From Chiloscyllium plagiosum (Eukaryota), in the NCBI RefSeq assembly GCF_004010195.1, contig NC_057720.1, positions 7,615,117 through 7,679,116 on the forward strand: DNA of 64,000 nt, given 5' to 3'. The translations under genes and the position numbers were made by a program. Below, piece after piece: positions 22,005-34,633 of this stretch; the stretch's first letter is position 1; each line of letters opens with the position of its first letter. A model generated the notes under the pieces. The model was not told the DNA's origin, did no database searches, and worked only from the letters and a program-made list of their open reading frames with translations.

Positions 22005-22880
22005 CCGCTATCCAGGTTTGGGCTGACAAGTGGCAAGTAACCTTCACACCACACAAATGCCAGGCAGTGACCATCTCCAATAAGAGATGTTAACATCAAT
22101 GAAAGCCCCGTTGTCAACATCCTGGAAGTTATCATTGGCCAGAAACTCAATTGGATTCGCCATATAAATAAAATAGTGACAAAAGCAGCTCAGAGGATAG
22201 AATACTGCGGGAAGTAACTCATCTCCTGATTCCCCAAAGCCTGTCCACCATCTACAAAGCTGAAGTCAGGAATACTCCCCATTTGCCTGGATGGGTGCAG
22301 CTCCAACAACATTCAAGCAGCTTAACACTATCCAGGACAAAGCAGATCACTTGACTGGCAACACATCCAGTCCCTCCAGCATCGATGCTCACTCGCAGCA
22401 ATGTGTGTTACCTACAAGATGCACTACATAAATTCACCAAAGATTCTTAGACAGCACCCTCCAAGCCCACGGCCACTTCCATCAATGTGGACAAGGGCAG
22501 CAGATACATGGGAACATTGTCACCTACAAGTTCTTCTCCAAGCCATTCACCATCCTGGCTTGGAAATATATCACAGTCGCTGGGTCAAAATCCTGGAATT
22601 CCCTCCCTAAAGGCATTGTGGGTCAACCTGCAACACGTGGGTTGCAGTGGTTCAAGAAGGTGAAAGTGAGGACTGCAGATGCTGGAGATTAGAGTCGAGA
22701 GTGTTGTGCTGGAAAAGCATAGCAGGTCAGGCAGCATCCGAGGAGCAGGAGAGTTGACATTTCGGGCAAAAGCACTTAATCAAGAAGGCAGCTCACCATC
22801 ATGTTCTCAAGGGGCAAATAGGGACGGGCAATAAATGCTGGACCAACTGGTAATGCTGAAGTCCCACGAGTGAAATAAAA
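22005..22880 (+). mobile_element. LINE family B (CR1/L2 group) 3' fragment, with a family A insert at ~22662-22779
   Basis: Decayed WADKWQVTFTPHKCQAVTISNKR...HLLIPQSLSTIYKA...LAWMGAAPTTFKQLNTIQDKA. The insert is flanked by TCAAGAAGG repeats. Confidence 0.8.
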
Positions 22881-24431
22881 ACATGGCAGTCAATGTTGAC
22901 ATAGTAAGATCCAATAATAGCAATACGAGGAATGGCTACTTCAGCATATTCAAGTGTGGTGGCAACTCAAAATATCTCACAAGACATAGGAATGAGGAAA
23001 ATGCTGGACAGAAAAAAGGAATCAAGTTCAGAGGTAAACAAAATTGAACAGAATGACTTGAAGAGGCTTCAAACAGCAAGGACACAGTTTGCAAGGCACT
23101 GGGATGGAACATTATGGAGTAAACAGTGCTTGAAACAAAAGCCACTAATGATGAGGTGGACGGTAATACATTGCAGGACTGCATGAACAAAGGATGTAAG
23201 GCAAACTAATGGCTTCAAGAAATCAAATACTTAGAATCAGACAAGATCTTTGGAAGATTGCAAAGGAAAGATAATTATGCCTCTCTTATATTACCCTGCA
23301 AGGCCTCACTTAGTAAAGAGCCTCATTGAGTCATGTAGTCTATAAGGTTCTGGCTTTGAATCCCTATCTGTATTCAGCAATGACCCAACAAAACAAGAAC
23401 ACTTGGTGGTAAAGATTCAAGTGAGCCACAAATAAAAAAGCTACCGAGAACATTACATTATGAAGGTGTGCTTGATTCTTTGAGTTTGTACATGACAGAG
23501 AGATGGATATTTGGGGGAGATTCAATCCAAGTATTCAGGAGGATGGGATGGCAGAATTCCCAGGTGGGTTCTGGAAGTGAATACATTGGCTCACCAATGC
23601 AAACTGTGAAAACACACAGGGAGGAGTTGGTGGCTTGGTGTGTGGGAGATGGTGGTGTGGAATGGGAAGATAAAACTGGACCTCCCAATGTTTTAATGGT
23701 TTTCAAACACCACCCTAACAGAATATTGCAATTGAGATTGCATCTTTACAACTTGACATCATGATCATAAGCCACATGGAAAATAAAGCATGTGATGAAG
23801 TTTGAATGCTGACTGAGGTGAGAGGTTACACAGGAATCTTGGCCAGAGTATATTTGAATTGGCTTTCCAACAGGAGCCAAGCTGGTTGCTTTCACAGATG
23901 AGATGACCGAAAGATAGAGGTAGGTCTGATGGACGTGTTAATGGGATAGCTGCTGAAATGGAGCAAGGAAGGGAATACAACTGGCTCTAACAGCCCACAA
24001 GAGGGACTGGGGTAGAGTTTAGCCTGGATTCCCATTACAGATCATTGCTCAGCTACTCTTAGGAGGTACCATGTTGAGAAACAGAAGAGTCAGAAGCCCC
24101 ACGCCACTAATGCCCCCAAACACACAGTCAAATGGCTGATGCATGAAACAAATAGATTGGATAAAATACCAGGGGCTTCAGGTATCTATAGAAATAGGCA
24201 CCAGTAGAAGAAGAAGCAGCTGAAGATGTGGGGCCAAAGGAGAGCACGATAACCAACAGTCACACCTTCGTCTCATCATTTCCCATCTGTTGTCTTTATT
24301 TTTACAGCAAAGCAGCAATCAGGAGGAAACCCGGTTACTGAATTCTAACAGCTTCTGCCTTGGAACCTGGCGCTTGCAAGTTTTTTCCAGTTACCAGCAC
24401 ATCACTTTGCAAACATCAGCAAAGTCAACCG

Positions 24432-24830
24432 ATCATCAGGATGAAGAGCTTTTGCTCGAAATGTTGACTCTCCTGCTCCTCGGATGCTGCCTGACCGACT
24501 GTGCTTTTCCAGCGCCACATTTTTTGACTCTGACCTCTGGCATCTGCGGTCCTCACTTTCTCCAAGATTCACTGGTCAAGCTAAAATGATATTCAATGGA
24601 TCACATCTAAAATAAAGTGAAATAAATACGGAAAGAACTGTGGATGCTGGAAATCAGAAACAAAAACAGAAATTGCCAGAAAAGCTCAGCAGGTCTTGCA
24701 GCATCTGTGGAGAGAAATCAGAGTTAACATTTCAGGTCGAGTGAGGAAGGGACCCGAAATGTTAATTCCGCTTTCTCTCCACAGATGCTGCCAGACCTGC
24801 TGAGTTTTTCCAGCAATTTCTGTTTTGGTT
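24432..24830. mobile_element. Family A (24432-24562) and family B (24630-24830) short elements
   Basis: Characteristic motifs; the family B copy is a strong palindrome. Confidence 0.75.
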
Positions 24831-24960
24831 GCTGTGTTGGAAATATAAATTTAGTCTCAGTAGTGGGGACCGGGAAGCTAAAATTGATTGTCATAAAAAC
24901 CCATCTGGTTCCCTCACATCCTTGAGGGAAAGAAATCTATCTTTACGTGGTTCTGGCCGA

Positions 24961-26093
24961 CATGGGAGACTGGTTAGCAAGGTTAGATATTATGGACTAC
25001 AGGGAGAACTAGCCATTTGGATACAGAACTGGATCAAAGGTAGAAGACAGAGGGTGGTGGTGGAGGGTTGTTTTTCAGACTGGAGGCCTGTGACTAGTGA
25101 AGTGCCACAAGGATCGGTGCTGGGTCCTCTACTTTTCAGTATTTATATAAATGATTTGGATGTGAGCATAAGAGGCATAGTTAGTAAGTTTGCAGATGAC
25201 GCCAAATTTGAACGTGTAGTGGACAGCGAAGAATGTTTCCTCAGATTATAACAGGATCTTGGATCAGATGGGCCAATGGACTGAGAAGTGGCAGATGGAG
25301 CTTAATTTAAATAAGTGTGAGGTGCTGCATTTTGGGAGAGCAAATCTTAGCAGGACTTATACATTTAATGGTAAGGTCCTCGGGAGTGTTGCTGAACAAA
25401 GAGACCTTGGAGTGCAGGTTCACAGCTCTTTGAAAGTGGAGTCACAGGTAGATAGGATAGTGAAGAAGGTGTTTGGTATGCTTTCCTTTATTGGTCAGAG
25501 TATTGAGTACAGAAGTTGGGAGATCATGTAGCGGCTGTAAAGGACATTGGTTAGGCCACTGTTGGAATATTGCGCGCAATTCTGGTCTCCTTCCAGAAAG
25601 ATGTTGTGAAACTTGAAAGCGTTCAGAAAAGATTTACAAGGATGTTGCCAGGGTTGGAGGATTTGAGAGCTATCGGGAGAGGTTGAAGAGGCAAGGGTTG
25701 TTTTCTCTGGAGCATCGGAGGCTGAGGGGTGACCTTATAGAGGTTTATAAAATCATGTGGGGCATGGGTAGGATAGACAAAGTCTTTTCCCTGGGGTCGG
25801 GGAGTCCAGAACTAGAGGGCATAGGTTTAGGGTGAGAGGGGAAAGATATAAAAGAGACCTAAGGGGCAACCATTTCACGCAGAGAGTGATTTGTGTATGG
25901 AATGAGCTGCCCGAGGAAGTGGTGGAGGCTGGTACAATTGCAACATTTAAAAGACATCTGGATGGGTATATGAATAGGAATGGTTTGGAGGGATATGGGT
26001 CGGGTGCTGCAGGTGGGGCTAGATTGGGTTGGGATATCTGGACGAGTTGGACGGAAGGGTCTGTTTCTGTGCTGTACATCTCTCTGACTCTGT
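24961..26093 (+). mobile_element. CR1 (HER1-like) LINE, 5'-truncated RT-to-3' end, inserted in a SINE-B (24840-24960 + 26094-26245)
   Basis: RRQRVVVEGCFSDWRPVTSEVPQGSVLGPLLFSIYINDLD...SKFADDAK with stops and frameshifts. The SINE halves rejoin at CTGGCC.ACATG/TGATTTCAGACC. Confidence 0.9.
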
Positions 26094-27019
26094 GTGATTT
26101 CAGACCTATAGCAATGTTGTTGACTCTGAATTCCATTCAGCGATAATATAGTCAGCCATCCAACTCAAGGGCAATTAAGGATGCACATCAAATGCTGGTC
26201 TTGCAACTGCCATCCACATCCCATGCAGGAAATTGTTTAAAAATTTGATTTAACAATTTGCGGTCTTTAGAAAGGTTTTATAATCATTGCTGAGAAATCC
26301 ACTGAGTGTTGCACATCTGTCCTTATGCAAAGGTCTGGCATGAGCCAATGCCACAAGAACTCTTGCTAGTGTTGAATAAAACAACTGCAGTAATATAGTG
26401 TGAATTCATTGATAATCCTCAAAAGGCAGGTTGGCTGGCGATGGTTGTTAGATTTATGTAATACAAACACTGGTACTAGTTTTATGGAAGTCAAGAGATC
26501 GTTGTATCTCTCCTTCACTTGACAAGAAAGATACTTGTGACAGAGACCAAAGCAGCACCAGGCTGTGGCAGAGTACAAGTAATTTTCTTCAGAGATTCAG
26601 CTCTTTCCCTCGCCACAGGCGCATCCATAGATCACGTTATTGAAAGCAGTGATGACAGAAGAGCCTATCACCCCGGCAACCAACCATCCCCTAAGCTTGC
26701 AGTTCCAAAGATAAACTTCACTACCCTTCAAGCCTTAAATTGGCAACTGCTGAGAGGAGCTGATTGTGCTTTGATAGAAATCAGCCTCTTGTCAATGACG
26801 GCAGCCGAGACATGATTAAATAGATGACCACAGTTCCTCCAGTCTCAGGAACAGCACCATGCCCCCATCCTGCCTCACACCATCCAAAGATCACTCTTAA
26901 AGTTGAGAATTTTACAAGTTCTGGTTCAATTGCATTGCCCAAAAACCAGACCTACCAAAGTGCTGCCTACTCTCTGGCACTGCACAGGAATTTAAGCATT
27001 AATTCTTTTTCCACAATAT

Positions 27020-27365
27020 TCACTCACAGGATGTCGGCATCTCCAGCTGGGTCAGCATTCAATGCCAATCTCTAGTTGCCCAGAGGGCAGATCGGAGTCA
27101 ATCACATTGTCAAGGATCTGGAGTTATATGTAGGCCAGACCAGGTCAGGATGGCAGTTTCCTTCCCTGAAGGACATTTGTAAACCAGATGGAATTTTCCA
27201 ACAATGGATTCATTGTCACCATTAAACTCTTAATTCCAGATTTTTGTTTGAATAAATTCAAATTCCACCACTTGCCATGGTGGGATTCAAACCTGGGTCC
27301 CCAGAACATTACCTGGGTCTCTGAATTAACAGTCCAGTGATAATACCACCGGGCCATTGCCTCCT
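27020..27365 (-). mobile_element. SINE family B, near full length
   Basis: The reverse strand has A-box TGGCCCGGTGG, B-box GGTTTGAATCC, body and LINE-B tail. Confidence 0.8.
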
Positions 27366-28334
27366 GTCAGAGCATAGCTGTAGCAACCCAGGAAAAAGAG
27401 AATTCATGTTAAGGTTCCCAAAATATTAACAATATATACTGAAAATGCTGGAGAAACTCAGCAGCTCTGACATCTGCAGAGAGAGAAAGGGAGTTAGTGT
27501 TCCAAATTAGATTACTCTTCATTAGAACTGATTTCAAAGAAGAGACATATAAGATGTAAAAAGATTATCTCAATCAGAGCAGACAAACCAAATTTAACCA
27601 ACTATCACCTGCCTGAGATCAAAACTAGAGAAACACTGAGCCTGACAAAAGACAGAAGATGTTCATTGTAAAGTTGCCCATTCAGCCTCCCTCTCAAAGC
27701 GAAATAATATAACTGGACACCGGAAGGGCGCAAAAAAAATCACAGGTGTCTCTGCAAGGATTGGTGAGAGTTCTCAAAACTCATTATGATACCGTTGCAA
27801 TTTGATTAAAATATACTTAACTGAACAAGGTAAGTAAACACTTGGAATGAAATTACCCAAAAGTGCCACAAAATGTTTCAGAATCGCCCACTTACCAATC
27901 AAATTGTAACATAAAAGTTAAAATTGCATGAAATGCACCAGTCACTAATGCCCACTCCAGTTTCTAAAACCGAGTAGAGAGGCAGACTTCACTCGGAACC
28001 TGTTTCATGGGGTGAAGTTCAGATTGCCTCACACACGCAACCCAAATGCTAGCTCCTTGTAGTGGGGGAGGGGGGAAAGGCATGTGCATTCTGTAGCATC
28101 CAAGACTTTCAGCTGGGATTTTCTTGGAGGTTAATGGTAAGATGGGAAGGAATGGAAGATGAAAGTTGACTACAGCTGAGGCTTGCCTATATGTATTGGT
28201 TATTAAAAATAACCCAGTGCCTACAGAATGGATCATATATGGCCTTGCTCAGTTTAAAAATCCCTTTCTTCCACATCACTTAGCAATGGCAATGCCAGGA
28301 ATTCAAAATTACCTTGTGCATTAGAAGAAAGAAA

Positions 28335-28606
28335 TCAACATCACTGGTTTGGACATCACTGGAAAGTCCAGACCTCTAAATTCCAAGCTGGTCACCCTCA
28401 ATGAGGTGATCGCAGTTTTATTCCTGAACCACTGCAGTCCCTGTGATGTACATACATCCAGAATGCTGTGAAGGAGGGAATTCCAGGATTGTAACCCAGT
28501 GATAGTGAAGGAATAGTAATATATTTCCAAATCTGGTTGCTGAGTGGCTTGGAGGGTAATGTGCCAACATTGATGTCCCCATGCATCTACTCCCATTGTC
28601 CTTCAC
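28335..28606 (-). mobile_element. LINE family B 3' fragment
   Basis: Reverse complement of 22500-22850-type sequence. Confidence 0.65.
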
Positions 28607-28920
28607 GTTGCTCTTATAGGAAGGATGTTGTGAAACTTGAAAGGGTTCAGAAAAGATTTACAAGGATGTTGTCAGAGTTGGAGGGTTTGAGCTATAGGGA
28701 GTGGCTGAATAGGCTGGGATTACTTTCCCTTGAATATTGGAGATTTAGGGGCGACCTTTATAAAATCATGAGAGGCATGGATAGGGTAGATAGCCAAGAT
28801 CTTTCCCGAGGGGTGGGGGAGTCCAAAATGAAAACACATAGGTTTAGAGTGAGAAGGGAAGGATTTAAAAGAGACCTAAGGAACAACCTTTTCATGCAGA
28901 GGGTGATGCGTGTATGGAAT
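28607..28920 (+). mobile_element. CR1 LINE ORF2 C-terminal fragment
   Basis: YRKDVVKLERVQKRFTRMLSELEGLSYREWLNRLGLLSLE... Confidence 0.85.
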
Positions 28921-29424
28921 GGGAGTTGGTTGTCCTTTTCTTCCTCTCTAGTGAATTCAACCCAAAGTCTGGGTCAGATATGTGGATGACACCTTTGTAA
29001 TCATTAAAAACACAGAAATAGAGAACACACACTGGATCATCAATGCCACACTCACAGGAATCTGATTCACTAGAGAGGAAAAAAAGGACAGCCAACTCCC
29101 ATTACTAGACGTGATGGTACAGAGAACACCGAACGGAGAATTCACCACAAAGGTATACAGGAAAGCCACACACACAGACCAAGTCCTGAACTACGATAGC
29201 AACCACCCCAACACACACAAAAGAAGTTGTGTTAAGACACTGTTCAAAAGGGCCACAACACACTGCAGTACACCAGAACTGCAAAAAGAGGAAGAAGATC
29301 ACCTCTACAATGTATTCGCCAAAAACAGATACCCGCGCAATTTCATCAACAGACGCCTAAGGGAAAGACAACGGAACGAAGACATGCCACAACCCAAAGG
29401 ACTAGCCACACTACCATACATCAA

Positions 29425-29491
29425 NNNNNNNNNNNNNNNNNNNNNNNNNNNNNNNNNNNNNNNNNNNNNNNNNNNNNNNNNNNNNNNNNNN
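29425..29491. other. Assembly gap (67 N)
   Basis: Run of N inside the PLE ORF. Confidence 1.
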
Positions 29492-29723
29492 TTCGACTGG
29501 GACAACGCTACTATTATAGGACAAGCCAAACAGAGAACAGCCAGGGAATTCCTAGAGGCATGGCACTCATCCACAGATTCAATCAATAAGCACATCGACC
29601 TGGACCCAATATACCGGCCACTGCAGCGGACAGCTGGAACTGACAACCGGAAGCGGCAGAGACAAACCACTACAAATGCTGGAGGAAACATCACAGAAGC
29701 GCTTCACAGGAGGCTCCCAAGCA

Positions 29724-29757
29724 CTGAGGATGTCACCGAGACAGGGGACGAAATGTC
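29724..29757 (+). ncRNA. Minimal hammerhead ribozyme motif in PLE pseudo-LTR
   Basis: GCA-CTGAGGA-T-GTCACC-GAGACA-GGGGAC-GAAA-TG-TC-TGC, with a 3-bp helix I GCA/TGC. Confidence 0.55.
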
Positions 29758-29924
29758 TGCAACACAAATTCCCAGTTCGGCGAACAGAACCACAACAACG
29801 AGCACCCGAGCTACAAATCTTCTCAGAAACTTTGAAAATGCTATACACTGCTGCCAATGTGCATCATTGGTGAACAGAGTGAATAATGGTGGTCAATGGG
29901 CCATCAAGTTTTACAATTTCTCAA

Positions 29925-30250
29925 ATAAAATTACTGGAAAAGCTCAGCACGTCTGGCAGCAACTGTGGAGAGAAATCAGAGTTAATGTTTAGGGTCCGGT
30001 GACCCTTCCTCAGAACCCAGAACAACAATTTATGTCATGTGGCTGGATGGGGCTGAGCTTTTTAAGTGCTGCTCTAATACGAAACAAAGAACTAAGGTGA
30101 TCAACATCTGAAGTAATGATAGAAATTGCTGGTGAAACTCAGCGGGTCAGGCAGTATCAATGCGGAGAGAGCAGAGTTAACGTTTCTGATCTGGTGACTC
30201 TTCATCAGGACTGTTCTGAGTTTTGCCAGCAACTTCTGTTTTTGTTTAAG
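29925..30250. mobile_element. Two family B short elements
   Basis: GCTCAGCACGTCTGGCAGC...GAGTTAATGTTTAGGGTCCGGTGACCCTTCCTCAG; second copy 30110-30250. Confidence 0.65.
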
Positions 30251-31059
30251 TGCTATTACATTTCCATCGTTCAAAGAAAATTACACGGATTTTGTCTTAT
30301 GATATATTTGTGTCAAATTGAGTCCAACTCCAAGACCCACTCCCTGATATGAGCAAGTCTGCTCTCTCCCTCAGATTAGTTATGGCTGAAACTATCTGTG
30401 CATGAAAGAGGATGTTGCTGACAATGCGCCGAAGGATTCTCAGGGAAAAGGAGAAAGGACATTCATTGTGAAGACAGTTGTTCATCACTTGCACCCACCC
30501 TGATTCACCTGGCAACGTGAAACAGGTACACAACCTTCCACTAGGGGTCACTTCTGACCCAAAAGATGGGAAACAGCTTCAGTGAAATCTTTAGTTACAA
30601 ACTGGGTTTCTGTCACTGTGATTTCTAAAGCGTTGGCTTTTCTTTATTTATTTATTCAGAGGAGGTGAGCTTCATCTGCAAAGCTAGCATTTGTTACCCA
30701 TCCCTAATTGTCCTTGATATGATAGTGGAGGTATGGTAGTGGTCGTGTCCTTAACTCTGAGCCAGGGGTTTGGGTTCAACTCCGTACTGTTCCAGCAATG
30801 TGTAATAACATCTCCAAACAGGTTGATGGGGACACATTTGCAAGGTGGTGGTGAGCTGCATTCTTGTGTTGCGGTGCATACAGCCTGATGCCCCTGCACC
30901 TCAATCTTTGGCATTTGCATCCCCAGCTTGATGACATGATCAGAGGTTTGGGGATGGGGCGGGGCTGCAATTAACCAGAAGTGCGGGAACTGGGTGGAAA
31001 CCTACTTTATTTCTTCTTACTTTCCAACATTAGCGAAGTGAGGTCTTCATGTCAGCAAT

Positions 31060-31650
31060 TTCTACAAGGATGTTGCCAGGGGTGGAGGATTTGAGCTTTA
31101 GGGAGAGGCTGAATAGGCTGGGGCTATTTTCCCTGGAGCATTACAGGCTGAGGGGTGCCCTTATCAAGGTTTATAAAATCATGAGGGGCATGGATAGGAT
31201 AAATAGGCAAGTTCTTTCCCCAGGGTGAGGGAGTCCAAAACTAAAGGGCACAGGTTTAGGGAGACATTTAAAAGGGACTTGAGGGACAACTTTTTCCACA
31301 CAGAGGGTGGTGCGTGTGTGGAATGAGCTGCCAGAGAAAGTGGTGGAGGCTGATACAATTGCAACATTTAAAAGGCATCTGGATGGATACATGAATAGGA
31401 AGGGCTGAAGAAGGGCTTATGCCCAAAACGTCAATTCTCCTGTTCCTTGGATGCTGCCTGACTTGCTGCGCTTTTCCAGCAACACATTTTCAGCTCTGAT
31501 CGCCAGCATCTGCAGTCCTCACTTTCTCCTCTGAGAAGGATACGGGCCAAGTGCTGGCAAACGGGACTAGATTAAGTTAGGATATCTGGTTGGCGTGGAC
31601 GAGTTGGACTGAAGGGTCTGTTTCCATGCTGTGAATCTCTATGACTATAA
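31060..31650 (+). mobile_element. CR1 LINE 3' fragment with a family A insert (31405-31530)
   Basis: ORF2 C-terminus and 3'UTR; the insert starts CTGAAGAAGGGCTTATGCCCAAAACGTC. Confidence 0.85.
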
Positions 31651-33014
31651 CCAAACCCCCAGTAAGGACTTCAATCACTGCTGACAGAATGGTGAATGGT
31701 GAGGCATACTCACCAAGTGGGATGCACATCAGAAATGCCCACGAAGGGACACTGGAGAATTCTTGGGGAGACAGTCCCCAGCCAGAGGTGTGCAGTGCTT
31801 GATAGAGAGACCTGGCATCAGGAAGCGGGGAAGTCACTGAGCACCACATCGGTGTCCTGGCTGCTAACTACTGTCCTCCATTAACACCGCCCACCCCCAT
31901 CATCATCTCCGGCCATCACTGACCCCGTGGTCAGGCCTCCAGTGATGCCCCAAGGCCTCAGGTGTACTGAACATAGGCTGCAGCCATTGTTTCCCTTGAG
32001 GACACCAGGTGAGGTCCTAGATACCATGGAAAGACCTGGCACTGCCTGTTAAGTGCCTGAGTAGAAAATGAAATAACGTATCTCCTCAAAAATAAAAAGG
32101 ATCTTACTGTTTTAAAGCCTGCAGCCAAGACCCTTGTCATTTGCAAGCAATTGAGACCCTAGAATTCGGTTATGGAGAAAGATTCAGGGCTTTGACCCAG
32201 CAAACAATGAAGGTGTGATGATATATTTCCAAGTCACATTGCTGTGTGGCCTGAGGGATCAGTTGCAAATGGCATTCTGAGTTGCTCTCACTCAGTCAGA
32301 CCTCGCCCATCTCCTGCTCCCCACACCATACTCAACAGAAAATCTCTCTCCCTGCACATTGTGGGATGGAATCCCAAAGCTCCATCACACTCTAGGAGTG
32401 CTGTCAGGATGCTGCCTTCAGCCTCCACAGCCCCAGGGGGATGAATGTCTGGAGTCAATCATTTGAATAAGGTACAGCAGGACAGCTGGTGCACTGGGCC
32501 TCAGCATAGCAGAGAGAGTGAGAAACAGGTTCCATCTGAGAGAGGAACTAAACGAATCAAAAATCATTTGGGCAAATCAGCCGCAAACACAAATGGACCT
32601 CATGCTTCCCAGTGGATTTAAATTTCAATGAGATTGGTTCCAGATAAATAAAGGAAGCACACAACTGGGCTTCAGTCGAAGCCCTCAACAGTAATGATGC
32701 AGAACTTGCCAGTGAGAGATTCTGTGTTGAAAAAGAATAAACTCTGACCACTTCCGGATACACAGAAAATTCACAAAAATTCCTGATCTTGTTGCATTCT
32801 TTGATGGTGTCTGAGACAAAGGGAAACTGAGAAAGAGCGAGTGTGAGGGCAAGTTTGCTTGCATGAATGAGCATGAAACAATGACAATGATGAAAACAGG
32901 GGTCTGTGTTCACTGCCATTGCAAATAAGAACGTACTAAGTTGCATTTACATAGAATGTCATTTCTTTCTTCTCTTCCAAGCTTCCAACAAATGCTATCG
33001 GGAACAAAAATATG

Positions 33015-33155
33015 CTGTTCTGAGGAAAGGTTTATTCGACCTGAAACGTTAACTCTGATTTCTCTCCACAGACGCTGTCAAACCTGCTGAGCTTCTCCAG
33101 CAATTTATACTTTTGTTTTTGTTTTACAGCATCCGCAGTTCTTTCGGTTTTTAAA
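33015..33155 (+). mobile_element. Family B element with decayed hammerhead core
   Basis: GTTCTGAGGAAAGGTTTATTCGACCTGAAACGTTAACTCTG. Confidence 0.65.
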
Positions 33156-34255
33156 TGATATCTGGGCTTTTTCCAAATGGAGGTTACTTTCCACAATCTC
33201 AAAAATGCAATTTTGTAGGCAATTAGCCTCAGTCCATTCTCTGTTGGAGGGGGGCACTCAGCTCAAGGGACACCACTCTGCATCAAACATGGAGACAAGA
33301 TGTAAAACAGACCTCAGTTGGTACCATGATTTGAACCCACAGCATTGGCATAGTTTTGCACCACATCTAGCCAACTGAACCAGTCAAAATGTGCTAAAAG
33401 GTGATAAATTGTCCTTCAGCAAAGCAGCCTCTGGCCCTCAAAGAGTTAAACTGGATTACTGTGCATGGCATTGATTCCTACATAATGCAAAGCAAGCTGA
33501 CCTTTGTGGCTTTTAGTCTATAAGATCATAAAATATTTAGCAGGGGTAATTTAAAAAAAAGATATTTGCCAGGCAGATCTTAAGTCCTCTTGTAAAGAGG
33601 CAATGTAAATGTATTAAGCTGCTTTTGGAATGGTCTTTTCATTAAAATTATAGTATGTCAGGCATATGGAATATCAAAACGCAGAATGCCATCATATTCA
33701 TGATAACATTGAGCGTGTCATCAGACACTGCAGGCTCCTGGTGCTCCCCTGTTTGGATTGTAAATGCCGGCTGCAGAGCATCAGCAGTAAACCTTGGTTG
33801 CATATCTACCCTTCCTTCACGGCAGTGCCTTTCACAGGGAGACAGCCGTTTCTTTAAATGACAGAACCAGCAGCACAACACACAAAGATTCAATTCCCCT
33901 CCCTCCCCCCTCCCCACACAAGGAAGAAAAAGCCGTGTTGAAGCAATTGCTGTCATCTTCAGACAGCCAGCTGCATTCCGACAAAAGACTTGATCAGCAA
34001 AGGTGCTAATTGCGAGTTGATCACAAATTTCACGTGCACAAAATATAAAAGAGAAACCTGTGCCAATTTGGATCTGTTATTTTGAGCTTGTCCCTGCTTA
34101 TCTCTCAATGCACATTTGGTTCTCCTGGAGGTGGCGAATTTAAACCCCAGCATTGTCACCTTTATTTCTGACCATATGTCCATAGCTCCCCACACCCCTC
34201 ACTCGCAGCTTGGCTTCACCATGAAGTTGAAATTCCCAATTAATATTGTATACAT

Positions 34256-34633
34256 GTCTCTCTCTCTCTCTCTCTTTCTCTCTCTTTCACACACACATGC
34301 ACACACACATACACATACACAACAAAGCACACATATACTGACACACACACACTGACATGCACAAAGCACACATATACTGACACACACACACTGACATGCA
34401 CAAAGCACACATATACTGACACACACACACTGACATGCACAAAGCACACATATACTGACACACACACACTGACATGCACAAAGCACACATATACTGACAC
34501 ACACACACTGACATGCACAAAGTACACATACAGTGACACACACACAAAACACAGACACACACACTCACACATAGACACGCTCTCACACACACTGACATAC
34601 ACAAAGCACACATACACTGACACCATACACACA
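34256..34633. repeat. (TC)n/(CA)n microsatellite grading into a 39-bp minisatellite
   Basis: Five identical units ACAAAGCACACATATACTGACACACACACACTGACATGC start at 34322, 34361, 34400, 34439 and 34478, followed by degenerate units. Confidence 0.95.

Larger units (their letters stand above)
28921..29835 (+). mobile_element. Penelope-like (Poseidon-type) retroelement fragment: RT C-half, GIY-YIG C-terminus and pseudo-LTR
   Basis: QPKVWVRYVDDTFVII (YVDD at ~28979), LPLLDVMV...VYRKATHTDQVLNYDSNHP...KRSCVKTLFKRA, then FDWDNATIIGQAKQRTAREFLEAWHS. One in-frame stop; 5' micro-inversion 28921-28956. Confidence 0.9.

Noticed and set aside
29111..29992. 293-aa ORF as a functional gene
   Set aside because: It is a truncated PLE ORF that spans an N gap, has an upstream stop and reads through into unrelated repeats.
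30375..30530. Possible exon after CTCTCTCCCTCAG
   Set aside because: Stop codons occur in all three frames shortly after the acceptor.
34322..34516. CRISPR-like array
   Set aside because: Head-to-tail identical units with no unique spacers, in a eukaryotic context with no cas genes.
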